DNA of 38,441 nucleotides from a virus (Duplodnaviria; Heunggongvirae; Uroviricota; Caudoviricetes): IMG/VR virus record IMGVR_UViG_2802429225_000008; one strand, 5' to 3'. Shown piece by piece: positions 18,894 to 28,343 of this stretch (position 1 is its first letter; each line of letters starts with the position of its first letter). The notes under the pieces were generated by a model. It saw only the letters and a program-made list of their open reading frames with translations, ran no database searches and was not told where the DNA came from. The position numbers and the translations under genes were made by a program.

Positions 18894-19096
18894 TGAAAGT
18901 GCGTGCGTATCAGTATGACACGGTGGACGCGCTTTGCTGGCGTCATTACGGGCGCACGCAGGGTGTCACGGAGCAGGTACTGAAGGCAAATCCGGGGCTT
19001 GCCGAATTTGGCCCTTTTTTACCTCACGGGCTGCAGGTGGAGCTGCCGGACATTCCGACCACCACCACCGTGCAGACCGTCCAGCTATGGGACTGA
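18893..19096 (+). CDS. X: Tail protein X (P2 gpX family)
   Basis: 67-aa ORF MKVRAYQYDTVDALCWRHYGRTQG... of the same size as P2 X. Confidence 0.85.
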   Translation: MKVRAYQYDTVDALCWRHYGRTQGVTEQVLKANPGLAEFGPFLPHGLQVELPDIPTTTTVQTVQLWD

Positions 19097-19099
19097 ATT

Positions 19100-19315
19100 A
19101 TGACGCTTGAGCGAATCAGCGCCTTTATCACGTATTGCATCGCCGTTGTGCTGGCCTGGCTGGGCGATTTGTCCATCAAGGATGCCTCAACGCTGGGTGG
19201 CCTGATGATTGGTGTGCTGATGCTGGCTATCAACTGGTACTACAAACACAAAGCCTACCAGCTTCTGCGCGACGGGCAGATCTCGCGGGAGGACTATGAA
19301 TCCATCAATCGTTAA
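19100..19315 (+). CDS. Holin (two predicted TM helices; possibly pinholin-type)
   Basis: 71-aa protein with two hydrophobic segments and a charged C-terminus, directly upstream of a SAR endolysin. Confidence 0.7.
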   Translation: MTLERISAFITYCIAVVLAWLGDLSIKDASTLGGLMIGVLMLAINWYYKHKAYQLLRDGQISREDYESINR

Positions 19316-19808
19316 ACGCTGCCTTGTCGGGGCCGTGCTGGCTATTGCTGCAACGCTGCCGGGGTTTCAGCAACTTCACACCTCCGTGGAGGGGCTGAAA
19401 CTGATTGCCGATTACGAAGGCTGTCGTCTGCAGCCGTATCAGTGCAGCGCGGGTGTCTGGACCGACGGCATTGGTAATACGTCGGGCGTCATTCCCGGCA
19501 AAACTATTACGGAACGACAGGCAGCAGAAGGGCTGATCTCCAACGTGCTGCGTGTGGAGCGGGCGCTGGAAAGGTGTGTGAAGCAACAGCCGCCGCAGAA
19601 GGTGTATGACGCTACGGTGTCGTTTGCCTTCAACGTGGGGACGGGCAATGCCTGCAGTTCCACGTTGGTTAAATTGCTCAACCAGCGGCGCTGGGCGGAT
19701 GCGTGCCGACAGTTGCCGCGCTGGGTGTATGTAAAAGGTGTGTTTAATCAGGGGCTGGATAACCGCCGTGCGCGGGAGATGGCCTGGTGTTTACAGGGAG
19801 CAAACTGA
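19296..19808 (+). CDS. SAR endolysin (GH24 T4-lysozyme-type with N-terminal signal-anchor)
   Basis: N-terminal hydrophobic segment LVGAVLAIAATLPGF followed by EGLKLIADYEGCRLQPYQCSAGVWTDGIGNT, closely resembling P1 Lyz and P21 R SAR endolysins. Confidence 0.85.
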   Translation: MNPSIVKRCLVGAVLAIAATLPGFQQLHTSVEGLKLIADYEGCRLQPYQCSAGVWTDGIGNTSGVIPGKTITERQAAEGLISNVLRVERALERCVKQQPPQKVYDATVSFAFNVGTGNACSSTLVKLLNQRRWADACRQLPRWVYVKGVFNQGLDNRRAREMAWCLQGAN

Positions 19809-19809
19809 A

Positions 19810-20187
19810 ATGAAAAAGAAATTAATCAGCGGACTGTTTCTGATGTTATGGATGGCGCTGTTAATCGCAGCAATGGTGTATCCGCAGGGGATTTTTCCGG
19901 TACTGGCAGCGTCCGGCGTTTGGGTAGCCTGTTTGCTGACATGGGCGGTAATTCCGGTAGCACTGGCTGCGTTAATTAAGAATGGCCCGCTCTGGCAGGA
20001 GTTAAGGGCATCTTTGCTGAAGACAATTACCCGAAAAGAAAACGTATTTATCAGTTGGGTGATGCGATTGCTGATTGTCGTAAGTCTCGCCTGGACGGGG
20101 TGGGCTATTACCCTGGTCTTTTATCTGCTGACCGTTATTGCCTTCTGGATCACCCGTAATCAGATGGCGCAACAGGTAGCAGCATGA
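19810..20187 (+). CDS. LysA-like membrane protein (lysis accessory)
   Basis: Start ATG 19810; about 125 aa with four hydrophobic segments; position of P2 lysA. Confidence 0.65.
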   Translation: MKKKLISGLFLMLWMALLIAAMVYPQGIFPVLAASGVWVACLLTWAVIPVALAALIKNGPLWQELRASLLKTITRKENVFISWVMRLLIVVSLAWTGWAITLVFYLLTVIAFWITRNQMAQQVAA

Positions 20188-20612
20188 ACCGGTTGCTGCT
20201 GGTTGTGCTGGCGTTATTACTGGCGGCGCTGGGCTGGCAGACGTGGCGGCTGGCTGATGCCAGCCAGACCATTAGCACGCAGGCAGACGAGCTGCAGAGC
20301 AAAAGTCAGGCACTGGCAAAGAGCAACAGCCAGCTTATTAGCCTGTCCATTCTGACTGAAACCAATAACCGGGAGCAGGCGCGGCTCTATGCCGAAGCAG
20401 AACAGACCAGCGCGCTGCTGAGACAACGACAACACCGGATCGAGGAACTGAAACGTGAGAACGAGGATTTACGCCGCTGGGCTGATACTCCTTTGCCTGC
20501 TGACATTATCCGGCTGCGGGAACGTTCGGCACTCACCGGAGGTGCAGCTTATCGTCAGTGGTTGTCCGCGAGTGACACCGTGTCGGCTGGATCAGGCAGC
20601 GCCGCGCACTAA
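20184..20612 (+). CDS. i-spanin (LysB / Rz-like)
   Basis: N-terminal TM segment followed by a long coiled-coil-like periplasmic region; the o-spanin gene overlaps in another frame. Confidence 0.75.
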   Translation: MNRLLLVVLALLLAALGWQTWRLADASQTISTQADELQSKSQALAKSNSQLISLSILTETNNREQARLYAEAEQTSALLRQRQHRIEELKRENEDLRRWADTPLPADIIRLRERSALTGGAAYRQWLSASDTVSAGSGSAAH

Positions 20613-20745
20613 CGGTGATCTGAACGCGTTGTTGGATGAAACGGAGGCCGCCTGGGCGGTCTGTGCAGACAAAGTGGACATGATTATTGCGTGTCAGGAG
20701 CGAAACAGTGAACAAACCACAATCCCTGCGCCACGCCCTCAATAA
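20455..20745 (+). CDS. o-spanin lipoprotein (LysC / Rz1-like)
   Basis: Lipobox LTLSGC after the signal sequence; Pro-rich C-terminus; overlaps the 3' end of the i-spanin gene. Confidence 0.7.
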   Translation: MRTRIYAAGLILLCLLTLSGCGNVRHSPEVQLIVSGCPRVTPCRLDQAAPRTNGDLNALLDETEAAWAVCADKVDMIIACQERNSEQTTIPAPRPQ

Positions 20746-21139
20746 AGCTGTGCCTTATGTCCGCAATAACCCGGACAAACTGCATCTGTTTGTGGATAAC
20801 GGTTCGCTGGTTGCCACGGGGGCCAGCTCCATGTCATGGGAGTACCGTTACACCCTGAACGCGGTGATTGAGGATTTCAGCGGCGACCAGAATCTGCTGA
20901 TGGCCCCGGTTTTGCTGTGGCTGAGGGATAACCAGCCCGATGCAATCAATAACCCGGTGTTACGGGAAAAGTTATTCACCTTTGAGGTGGATATTTTGCG
21001 CAACGATGTCTGTGATATCAGCCTTAACCTGCAACTGACGGAACGTGTGCTGGTCAGCACTGACGGCACTGTGTCCAGCGTTGAAGCTGTAGCGGAACCC
21101 GATGAACCTGAAGAAATGTGGACGGTGAAACGTGGCTGA
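20708..21139 (+). CDS. R: Tail completion protein (P2 gpR family)
   Basis: Probable GTG start at 20708 after AGGAG; position and size of P2 R. Confidence 0.75.
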   Translation: MNKPQSLRHALNKAVPYVRNNPDKLHLFVDNGSLVATGASSMSWEYRYTLNAVIEDFSGDQNLLMAPVLLWLRDNQPDAINNPVLREKLFTFEVDILRNDVCDISLNLQLTERVLVSTDGTVSSVEAVAEPDEPEEMWTVKRG

Positions 21140-21584
21140 ACTGCAGAAGGTGGACGACTGGCTGAGTGCTTTGCTGGCGAATCTGGAACCAGCCGCAAGA
21201 AGCCGAATGATGCGCCAGCTGGCGCAGGAACTGCGCCGGACACAGCAGCAGAATATCAGGATGCAGCGCAATCCAGATGGCAGCAGTTATGAACCGCGCA
21301 GGGTAACAGCACGCAGCAAGAAGGGGCGCATCAAACGTCAGATGTTTGCAAAGCTGCGCACCACCAAATACCTGAAAACCGCCGCCAGCGCCGACTCTGC
21401 CAGCGTGCAGTTTGAAGGTAAGGTGCAGCGCATTGCGCGGGTTCACCATTACGGCCTGCGTGATCGCGTCAGTCGCAAAGGACCGGAGATCCGTTACGCA
21501 GAGCGCAAATTGTTGGGTTTCAGTTCAGTTTCAATAAACGTAGTCCATGATATTATATATTCGTGGATATCCAATTTAGATTGA
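21132..21584 (+). CDS. S: Tail completion protein (P2 gpS family)
   Basis: 150 aa, same size as P2 S; the 3' end runs into AT-rich DNA. Confidence 0.8.
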   Translation: MAELQKVDDWLSALLANLEPAARSRMMRQLAQELRRTQQQNIRMQRNPDGSSYEPRRVTARSKKGRIKRQMFAKLRTTKYLKTAASADSASVQFEGKVQRIARVHHYGLRDRVSRKGPEIRYAERKLLGFSSVSINVVHDIIYSWISNLD

Positions 21585-21594
21585 AAGTTTGAAA

Positions 21595-21618
21595 TGGCAG
21601 ATGCTCTGCCATTTTTTT
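21595..21618 (+). terminator. Rho-independent terminator (tggcaga-tgc-tctgcca-ttttttt) between convergent genes
   Basis: 7-bp perfect stem plus a T7 run between the S stop and the stop of the minus-strand moron. Confidence 0.6.
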
Positions 21619-21620
21619 AT

Positions 21621-22373
21621 TTAGATACTGAGATTTTTTTTACATAATAGTATAAATTCACAGTACATGTTATAGATTTTAGTCGCACATCCGTTAGCTT
21701 TTTTTATGGTTTCTATCTTTTCAGGGGGGAGGCTCAATAAGGCAATCTCTCTGTCGCTGAGCATTGAAATAAACTCGCTGCTGCCTAAATACCCGGAGTT
21801 GCAGGCTAAAAAATAATTAAAGTTAGTTAACTCTTTGTGTAGTTCGTTAGATTTTATTTCTATTTCATTATCATGAAAATGATGTATGGCCTTTCCCCAT
21901 TCATGGCAGTATGTTGTCATGTCTTTAAGGTTTGAGTCATGAAATCTATTGCCAAAGTCATGGCTTTTTAGAAAGTCTATTGAGTTTGAATCTGGTGGTA
22001 ATAATTTTATAAACTCTTTATATAGATTAATGTCAGAGTTCCTTTGTCTTTCTTTCTTTTCTCTGTTTTCTTTAATTTTAATACTGTCAAAGAACCATTC
22101 TGGCACTTTACTTAATAAGTTATAGGTTAACCCCAAAGCAATTAGAGTGATGGCTACCATCGTGCTTGGATTACCATTATCTATTTTTATTATATCAATA
22201 TCTGCATTGAATTTTTTATTATATATATCAATTATAAAATTAAGTGCCATGAGATAATATGGAATTGGTAGCGCAATTATGCTTAGCCCAGTTATAACTA
22301 AAGCCCAAGTTATTTTATTACTAAACTCAGGAAATATTACATTGATTATTTTTTTAACAATATACTTTTTCAT
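21621..22373 (-). CDS. AT-rich moron: membrane-anchored protein of unknown function (250 aa, two N-terminal TM helices)
   Basis: Markedly AT-rich and opposite in orientation to the late operon; N-terminal hydrophobic segments (ITWALVITGLSIIALPIPYYLMALNFII and MVAITLIALGLTYNLL) followed by a soluble His-rich domain; occupies the variable orf30 position between S and V. Confidence 0.65.
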   Translation of the reverse strand: MKKYIVKKIINVIFPEFSNKITWALVITGLSIIALPIPYYLMALNFIIDIYNKKFNADIDIIKIDNGNPSTMVAITLIALGLTYNLLSKVPEWFFDSIKIKENREKKERQRNSDINLYKEFIKLLPPDSNSIDFLKSHDFGNRFHDSNLKDMTTYCHEWGKAIHHFHDNEIEIKSNELHKELTNFNYFLACNSGYLGSSEFISMLSDREIALLSLPPEKIETIKKANGCATKIYNMYCEFILLCKKNLSI

Positions 22374-22401
22374 TACTTAACTCCCTGAAAAATATCCTAA
22401 T

Positions 22402-22419
22402 TGTGCCATGATTCATACA
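22402..22419 (+). promoter_or_regulatory. Ogr-type late promoter element (TGT-N12-ACA) upstream of V
   Basis: tgtgccatgattcataca about 47 nt upstream of the V start. Confidence 0.5.
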
Positions 22420-22465
22420 TTTTTATCTACTGGTTGATAATGTGTGGGGGATTTATGTTAGTGAC

Positions 22466-23044
22466 ATGAACGCACAGCTAACTGAAATCATGCGCCTTAT
22501 CACCAACCTGATCCGCACAGGGGTTGTCACCGAAGTAGACAGGGAAAACTGGCTTTGCCGGGTGAAAACGGGCGACCTTGAAACCAACTGGATTAACTGG
22601 TTGACGCTGCGTGCCGGGAATGCCCGCACATGGTGGCGACCATCGGAAGGTGAGCAGGTGGTGCTGCTGAGTCTGGGCGGCAATCTGGAAACTGCCTTTG
22701 CGCTGCCCGCTGTCTATTCGAATCAGTTCGCACCACCGTCGACGTCGGCAGACGCCTGCGTGACAGAACATCCTGACGGTGGCTGGTTTGAATACGAACC
22801 CGCCACCGGGCGCTGGTATGTCAGGGGCATCAAATCAATGGTCATTGAGGCCGCTGACAACATCACCATGAAAACCAGTGAGTTTGTACTGGAGGCTGAC
22901 CGCACGCGCATTAACAGCGAAGTGGTGATCAATGGTGGCGTTACCCAGGGCGGCGGAGCGATGAGTTCTAACGGGATCGTGGTTGATGCGCATCAGCATA
23001 CTGGCGTCCTGAAAGGCGGCGACACCACCGGAGGCCCGGTATGA
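22466..23044 (+). CDS. V: Baseplate spike / assembly protein V (P2 gpV family)
   Basis: MNAQLTEIMRLITNLIRTGVVTEVD... resembles the P2 V N-terminus; start ATG 22466. Confidence 0.85.
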   Translation: MNAQLTEIMRLITNLIRTGVVTEVDRENWLCRVKTGDLETNWINWLTLRAGNARTWWRPSEGEQVVLLSLGGNLETAFALPAVYSNQFAPPSTSADACVTEHPDGGWFEYEPATGRWYVRGIKSMVIEAADNITMKTSEFVLEADRTRINSEVVINGGVTQGGGAMSSNGIVVDAHQHTGVLKGGDTTGGPV

Positions 23045-23400
23045 CGCTTTATATCGGGATGAACAATACCAGCGGTAAAGCCATTACTGATATTGACCAT
23101 CTGCGCCAGTCGGTGCGGGACATTTTGCTGACGCCGCAGGGTAGCCGCATTGCCCGTCGGGAATATGGTTCCCTGCTGTCGGCACTGATAGACCAGCCAC
23201 AAAATCCGGCGTTACGCCTGCAGGTCATGTCGGCAGTGTATGTGGCGCTGAGTCGCTGGGAGCCACGGCTGACGCTGGATTCCATCACCATCAACAGCCA
23301 TTTTGACGGTTCAATGGTGGTGGAGCTGAGTGGGCGGCGTAATAACGGTGTGCCTGTTTCCCTTTCCGTATCAACAGGAGCAGAGAATGGCCGTGATTGA
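23041..23400 (+). CDS. W: Baseplate protein W (gp25/GPW lysozyme-like fold family)
   Basis: 119-aa ORF resembling P2 W. Confidence 0.85.
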   Translation: MTLYIGMNNTSGKAITDIDHLRQSVRDILLTPQGSRIARREYGSLLSALIDQPQNPALRLQVMSAVYVALSRWEPRLTLDSITINSHFDGSMVVELSGRRNNGVPVSLSVSTGAENGRD

Positions 23401-24295
23401 CCTTTCGCAGTTACCTGCGCCGCAGATTGTGGATGTGCCGGACTTTGAGACGCTGCTTGCCGAACGCAAGGCCGAATTTGTTGCGCTTCATCCGAAAGAT
23501 GAGCAGGAAGCAGTGATCCGCACGCTGGAACTGGAATCTGAACCCGTCACCAAATTGTTGCAGGAGAACGCTTACCGTGAGTTGCTTCTGCGCCAGCGTA
23601 TTAACGAAGCCGCGCAGGCTGTGATGGTGGCTTACGCGATGGGCGGCGATCTTGACCAGCTCGCAGCCAACTACAACGTGAAACGCCTGACGGTGACGCC
23701 TGCTGATAATGACGCTGTGCCGCCCGTTGCAGCTGTGATGGAAAGCGATGAAGCGTTACGCCTGCGTGTGCCTGCAGCCTTTGAGGGGCTTTCAGTTGCG
23801 GGACCAACTGCCGCTTATGAATTTCATGCCCGAAGCGCCGACGGTCGGGTGGCGGATGCCAGTGCAAACAGTCCGGCGCCTGCAGAGGTAGTGCTGACGG
23901 TCCTGAGTCGTGAAGGCGACGGAACAGCAGAAAAAGACCTGCTGGATGTGGTGGAGAAAGCACTGAACAGTGAGAACGTCCGCCCGGTGGCTGACCGTCT
24001 GACGGTTCGCAGCGCAGAAATCATCCCGTACCGTGTGGAAGCCACCATTTTTCTTTATCCGGGACCGGAAGCAGAGCCGGTAATGGCAGCGGCAAAAGTC
24101 AGCCTGCAGAGGTACATCGCCAGTCAGACGCGGCTCGGTCGGGATATTCGCCGTAGTGCTATTTTTGCCGCGCTGCATGTTGAGGGTGTTCAACGTGTGG
24201 AACTGGCTTCTCCGCTGGCGGATGTGGTTCTGAACAAAACGCAGGCGGCATCATGTACGCAGTGGAGCGTGACCAACGGAGGAACGGATGAATAG
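23387..24295 (+). CDS. J: Baseplate assembly protein J (P2 gpJ family)
   Basis: Start ATG 23387 (MAVIDLSQLPAPQIVDVPDFE...); about 302 aa as in P2 J. Confidence 0.85.
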   Translation: MAVIDLSQLPAPQIVDVPDFETLLAERKAEFVALHPKDEQEAVIRTLELESEPVTKLLQENAYRELLLRQRINEAAQAVMVAYAMGGDLDQLAANYNVKRLTVTPADNDAVPPVAAVMESDEALRLRVPAAFEGLSVAGPTAAYEFHARSADGRVADASANSPAPAEVVLTVLSREGDGTAEKDLLDVVEKALNSENVRPVADRLTVRSAEIIPYRVEATIFLYPGPEAEPVMAAAKVSLQRYIASQTRLGRDIRRSAIFAALHVEGVQRVELASPLADVVLNKTQAASCTQWSVTNGGTDE

Positions 24296-24893
24296 TCTGC
24301 TGCCACCGGGTTCAACTTCACTGGAGCGCCGACTGGCGCAGACCTGTAGCGGGATTTCTGATCTGCAGGTGCCGCTGTGTGACTTGTGGAATCCAACGAC
24401 CTGTCCGATCAGTTTCCTGCCTTATCTCGCCTGGGCGTTCTCTGTGGATCGCTGGGACGAGGGCTGGACGGAAAGCGTCAAACGACAGGTGGTGAAGGAT
24501 GCTTTTTATATTCATCAGCATAAAGGAACCACCAGTGCCGTGCGGCGGGTGGTGGAGCCGTTCGGCTTCCTGATCCGCATTATTGAGTGGTGGCAGACCG
24601 GAGAGGCACCGGGCACGTTTCGTCTGGATATCGGCGTGCAGGACCAGGGCATCACTGAAGATACCTATCTGGAACTTGAGCGACTGATAAGCGATGCCAA
24701 ACCATGTAGCCGTCACATGATCGGCATGTCCATCAACCTGCAGACCAGCGGCCCGCATTGGGTGGGAGCCGCCAGCTATCTTGGCGAAGAAATCACGATC
24801 TATCCGTATATCAACGAAACAATTATTTCCGGCGGCACCGCGCATGAAGGCGGGGCGGTCCATGTTATTGACACAATGAGAGTGAATCCATGA
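24288..24893 (+). CDS. I: Baseplate / tail formation protein I (P2 gpI family)
   Basis: MNSLLPPGSTSLERRLAQ... ; position between J and H. Confidence 0.85.
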   Translation: MNSLLPPGSTSLERRLAQTCSGISDLQVPLCDLWNPTTCPISFLPYLAWAFSVDRWDEGWTESVKRQVVKDAFYIHQHKGTTSAVRRVVEPFGFLIRIIEWWQTGEAPGTFRLDIGVQDQGITEDTYLELERLISDAKPCSRHMIGMSINLQTSGPHWVGAASYLGEEITIYPYINETIISGGTAHEGGAVHVIDTMRVNP

Positions 24894-26323
24894 GCACAAA
24901 ATTTTATACCCTGCTGACGGATATTGGCGCGGCGAAACTTGCCTGCGCCGCCGCGCTCGGTGTGCCGCTAAAAATTACCCATATGGCGGTGGGCGATGGC
25001 GGCGGAGTATTGCCGACGCCGGACGCAAAGCAGACTGCACTGGTAAATGAGAAACGCCGGGCTGCTCTGAATATGCTCTATATCGACCCGCAGAACAGCA
25101 GCCAGATTATTGCTGAACAGGTGATCCCTGAAAACGAGGGCGGTTGGTGGATACGTGAAGTGGGCCTGTTTGATGAGTCAGGGGCATTGATTGCCGTGGG
25201 GAACTGCCCGGAAAGCTATAAACCGCAACTGGCTGAAGGCAGCGGGCGCACCCAGACCGTGCGCATGGTGCTGATTACCAGCAGCACGGACAATATCACC
25301 CTGAAAATCGACCCTGCTGTAGTGCTGGCAACCCGCAAGTATGTGGATGACAAGGCACTGGAGCTGAAGGTGTACGCGGATGATCAGATGGCAAAACATC
25401 TTGCCGCACCGGACCCGCATTCACAGTATGCACCCAAAGAAAGTCCGACGTTTACCGGGACACCCAAAGCGCCAACGCCAGCAGCAGGGAATAACACTAC
25501 GCAGATTGCGACCACCGAGTTTGTTCAGGCGGCTCTGACGGCTCTTATTAATGGTGCGCCAGCCACGCTGGACACGCTGAAAGAAATAGCCGCAGCCATT
25601 AACAATGATCCGAAATTCAGTACCACCATTAACAATGCGCTGGCACTGAAAGCGCCGCTGTCGAGTCCGGCACTCACCGGAACGCCAACCGCACCTACTG
25701 CGGCACAGTCGGTCAACAATACACAAATTGCCACCACGGCATTTGTGAAATCGGCGATTGCGGCAATGGTGGGTTCTGCACCTGGGGCACTGGATACACT
25801 GAACGAACTGGCGGCGGCGCTGGGGAATGATCCGAACTTTGCCACGACTATAATGAACGCTTTGGCGGGAAAACAGCCACTCGATACTACGCTAACTAAT
25901 CTTAGTGGAAAAAGTGTTTCAGACCTACTCAAGTACCTTAATTTAGGTAATTCAGCAACACTTGATGTTGGCACTTCAACTGGTACTGTTGCTGCAGGCA
26001 ACGATAGTCGTATCGTTAATGCAGTACAGCATAGCGAATTTACATCTGGTGCTGGTTGGGTTCGACTCCCTGATGGAACTATTATTCAAAGGGGGGTATC
26101 TATTTCTGGGTCACAGAGTTTTCCTACGACTGTCTATCTACCCATACCATTTACACAACCTAATTTTACTGTCGTAACTTCCTTCGATTCTGCTTCTAAC
26201 GCAGCGAATGACTGTCCAGCGTTTGCAACAACACCAGTCGGAACAACTGCATTTTATTTAATGAGTTCCCGTATTGGATTAGATACTGGTGCTGGAGCAA
26301 ACTGGATTGCAATAGGAAAATAA
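24890..26323 (+). CDS. H: Tail fiber protein H, with internal tandem repeats and an AT-rich C-terminal domain
   Basis: N-terminus MSTKFYTLLTDIGAAKLA... typical of P2 H; two ~70-aa repeats containing NNTTQIATTEFV and NNTQIATTAFV; the C-terminal third is visibly AT-richer. Confidence 0.85.
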   Translation: MSTKFYTLLTDIGAAKLACAAALGVPLKITHMAVGDGGGVLPTPDAKQTALVNEKRRAALNMLYIDPQNSSQIIAEQVIPENEGGWWIREVGLFDESGALIAVGNCPESYKPQLAEGSGRTQTVRMVLITSSTDNITLKIDPAVVLATRKYVDDKALELKVYADDQMAKHLAAPDPHSQYAPKESPTFTGTPKAPTPAAGNNTTQIATTEFVQAALTALINGAPATLDTLKEIAAAINNDPKFSTTINNALALKAPLSSPALTGTPTAPTAAQSVNNTQIATTAFVKSAIAAMVGSAPGALDTLNELAAALGNDPNFATTIMNALAGKQPLDTTLTNLSGKSVSDLLKYLNLGNSATLDVGTSTGTVAAGNDSRIVNAVQHSEFTSGAGWVRLPDGTIIQRGVSISGSQSFPTTVYLPIPFTQPNFTVVTSFDSASNAANDCPAFATTPVGTTAFYLMSSRIGLDTGAGANWIAIGK

Positions 26324-26324
26324 C

Positions 26325-26753
26325 ATGAAATATATTTATGATCCTCTTACCAATGCTTTTTATCCTTTAATTATGAAGGCTGATTATGAAGCTGCTGGAA
26401 TTTGGCCTAAATCAGGTGTTGAGATGGATGAGGATGCTTTTGTTGAGTTCCAGAGTCCGCCAATAGGTAAGATTAGAGTGGCAGGAGGGAATGGTTATCC
26501 GAAATGGAGTGATGCACCTCCTCCTACCAATGAACAGTTGGCAATAGAAGTGGAAGCAAAAAAACAAGAATTAATTAATCAGGCTAATGAATACATAAAT
26601 TGTAGGCAGTGGCCCGGTAAAATTGCATTGGGGAGATTGAAAGAAAATGAGAAAGAACAGTATAACCGCTGGTTGGATTATCTGGATGCACTGGAAGAGA
26701 TTGACGTTGTGAGTCCTACAGATATTCGTTGGCCTACAAAACCAAATGAATAA
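26325..26753 (+). CDS. G: Tail fiber assembly chaperone (P2 gpG / Tfa family)
   Basis: MKYIYDPLTNAFYP... typical Tfa N-terminus; directly follows H. Confidence 0.8.
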   Translation: MKYIYDPLTNAFYPLIMKADYEAAGIWPKSGVEMDEDAFVEFQSPPIGKIRVAGGNGYPKWSDAPPPTNEQLAIEVEAKKQELINQANEYINCRQWPGKIALGRLKENEKEQYNRWLDYLDALEEIDVVSPTDIRWPTKPNE

Positions 26754-26816
26754 ATATTAACAATGACTAACTAAGTGAATGTAAATATGGAAGGCAACAT
26801 TCACTTAGTTTTTTGT

Positions 26817-28028
26817 TTATTGTTCTCTTTCATTCGGTAATACGTGTTTTTTAATGGTTGATTTATCAATGAATAAAAGCAAAGATATTTTTTTTGCAAA
26901 AAGCATTGATGGTTTGTCAATTAATTTAAATGCTATATTTGATAGTGCGTAAATTACAAACATAGATATGATAGATGCAGTGAGCGCGCAAGTTGCGTAT
27001 CCAAAACCTCGGTTATTCAACGCATTAAATATTAATGGGGCTGTAATTACTAGTATGGGTAGATGAAAAAGATAAACACTGAATGATACTTTTCCCATAT
27101 ATGAAAAAAATGTATTACTGAATGCGTTTTTGAATGTATTATTTTTCAAAATAGTTGTTGTAATCAGAATCCCGGATATGAAATTGAACAAAATATATGC
27201 ATTTGATTCTTGTCCATTTAAGAAGAATCGGGAGTAATAGATCGCGTGAATATATGGGGATGAACCATAATGAATGCCGCCAGCATAAATACCTAGCGCA
27301 AGAAGTATTAATGCAGGTATTTTTTTTAGATTAAATTCAGTGAAGTAAATATAAATGCCGACAAGAAATGCAATATATCCGTACTTTTCTTTTTGTGAAA
27401 TTGTTGACAAAAAAAACATTAATCCAAAAAATAAAATCACTAAGTGTTTATTATTCGATCTGATAAGGGTTGTACATATAAAATATGTAAGGAATGAACC
27501 TATTAATTCTATTTTCATTGTCCAGAGGACTGGATTATAAGAAGAGCCATCTCCAAAAAATGCACTAATGCCACCGGAATAAAGTGCATTCAGAATTGAA
27601 GGATTATCAACTTTGTATGATTGAATCCAGCTTGACAGCATTTCTCTATTTGGAATATCACCAGTTACTACTATTAGACAAAAAAGACAAGAGAAAATTG
27701 CTGGCATCGCTAGTCTAAAATAGCGTTTTGTTACCATAGATGTGGCATTTTCTAAAATATCTTTTCCATTCATAAATGAATGAGAAAGAATAAAGCCACT
27801 CAATGTAAAGAAAATATAGACAGCAGCTGTGCCAGAATAAAAAAATGAAAGTGGGCTATTAAATATAAAACTAATAATATGATTGTTATTAATTAGATTG
27901 GGATCATGCAAGCCAGGATAAAAAATCAAAGCTAAATGTGAAAAAACAACCATAAGACAGGCTACGCCTCTCAGCCCATCGACATGATGAAGTTTGTTAG
28001 AAGAGATAGAAAAATTTGTGCTATGCAT
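26817..28028 (-). CDS. Acyltransferase family 3 membrane protein (OafA-like; candidate surface-polysaccharide O-acetyltransferase)
   Basis: N-terminal HVDGLRGVACLMVVFSHL motif of the acyltransferase-3 family; about 10 predicted TM helices; strongly AT-rich; opposite orientation, in the P2 Z/fun-equivalent slot between G and FI. Confidence 0.75.
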   Translation of the reverse strand: MHSTNFSISSNKLHHVDGLRGVACLMVVFSHLALIFYPGLHDPNLINNNHIISFIFNSPLSFFYSGTAAVYIFFTLSGFILSHSFMNGKDILENATSMVTKRYFRLAMPAIFSCLFCLIVVTGDIPNREMLSSWIQSYKVDNPSILNALYSGGISAFFGDGSSYNPVLWTMKIELIGSFLTYFICTTLIRSNNKHLVILFFGLMFFLSTISQKEKYGYIAFLVGIYIYFTEFNLKKIPALILLALGIYAGGIHYGSSPYIHAIYYSRFFLNGQESNAYILFNFISGILITTTILKNNTFKNAFSNTFFSYMGKVSFSVYLFHLPILVITAPLIFNALNNRGFGYATCALTASIISMFVIYALSNIAFKLIDKPSMLFAKKISLLLFIDKSTIKKHVLPNEREQ

Positions 28029-28343
28029 CGTTTTGATATTATGTAAGTAGCTAATTTTCAGTATAATATCATAATTTTTGATTGCTATGGAACACTATTT
28101 ATTAGATTAATTAAATAATCTTGATTACGTATTATAAATTCAAATATGTGATGTTGTCATAGTCCATATGAAGCAAGTAGTGCTTAGACAAGATGTGGGG
28201 GCGTCCTAAATTGACTGCTGAACAGTGGGCACAGATTGGGCGTTTCCACAATTTATAGAAAATTTCCTGCAAATAAGAGCAATGAATCTCCCTGAATCAG
28301 CATTATTTTGATTATCCCTGCAAGTAGACAAATACCGCCATTT

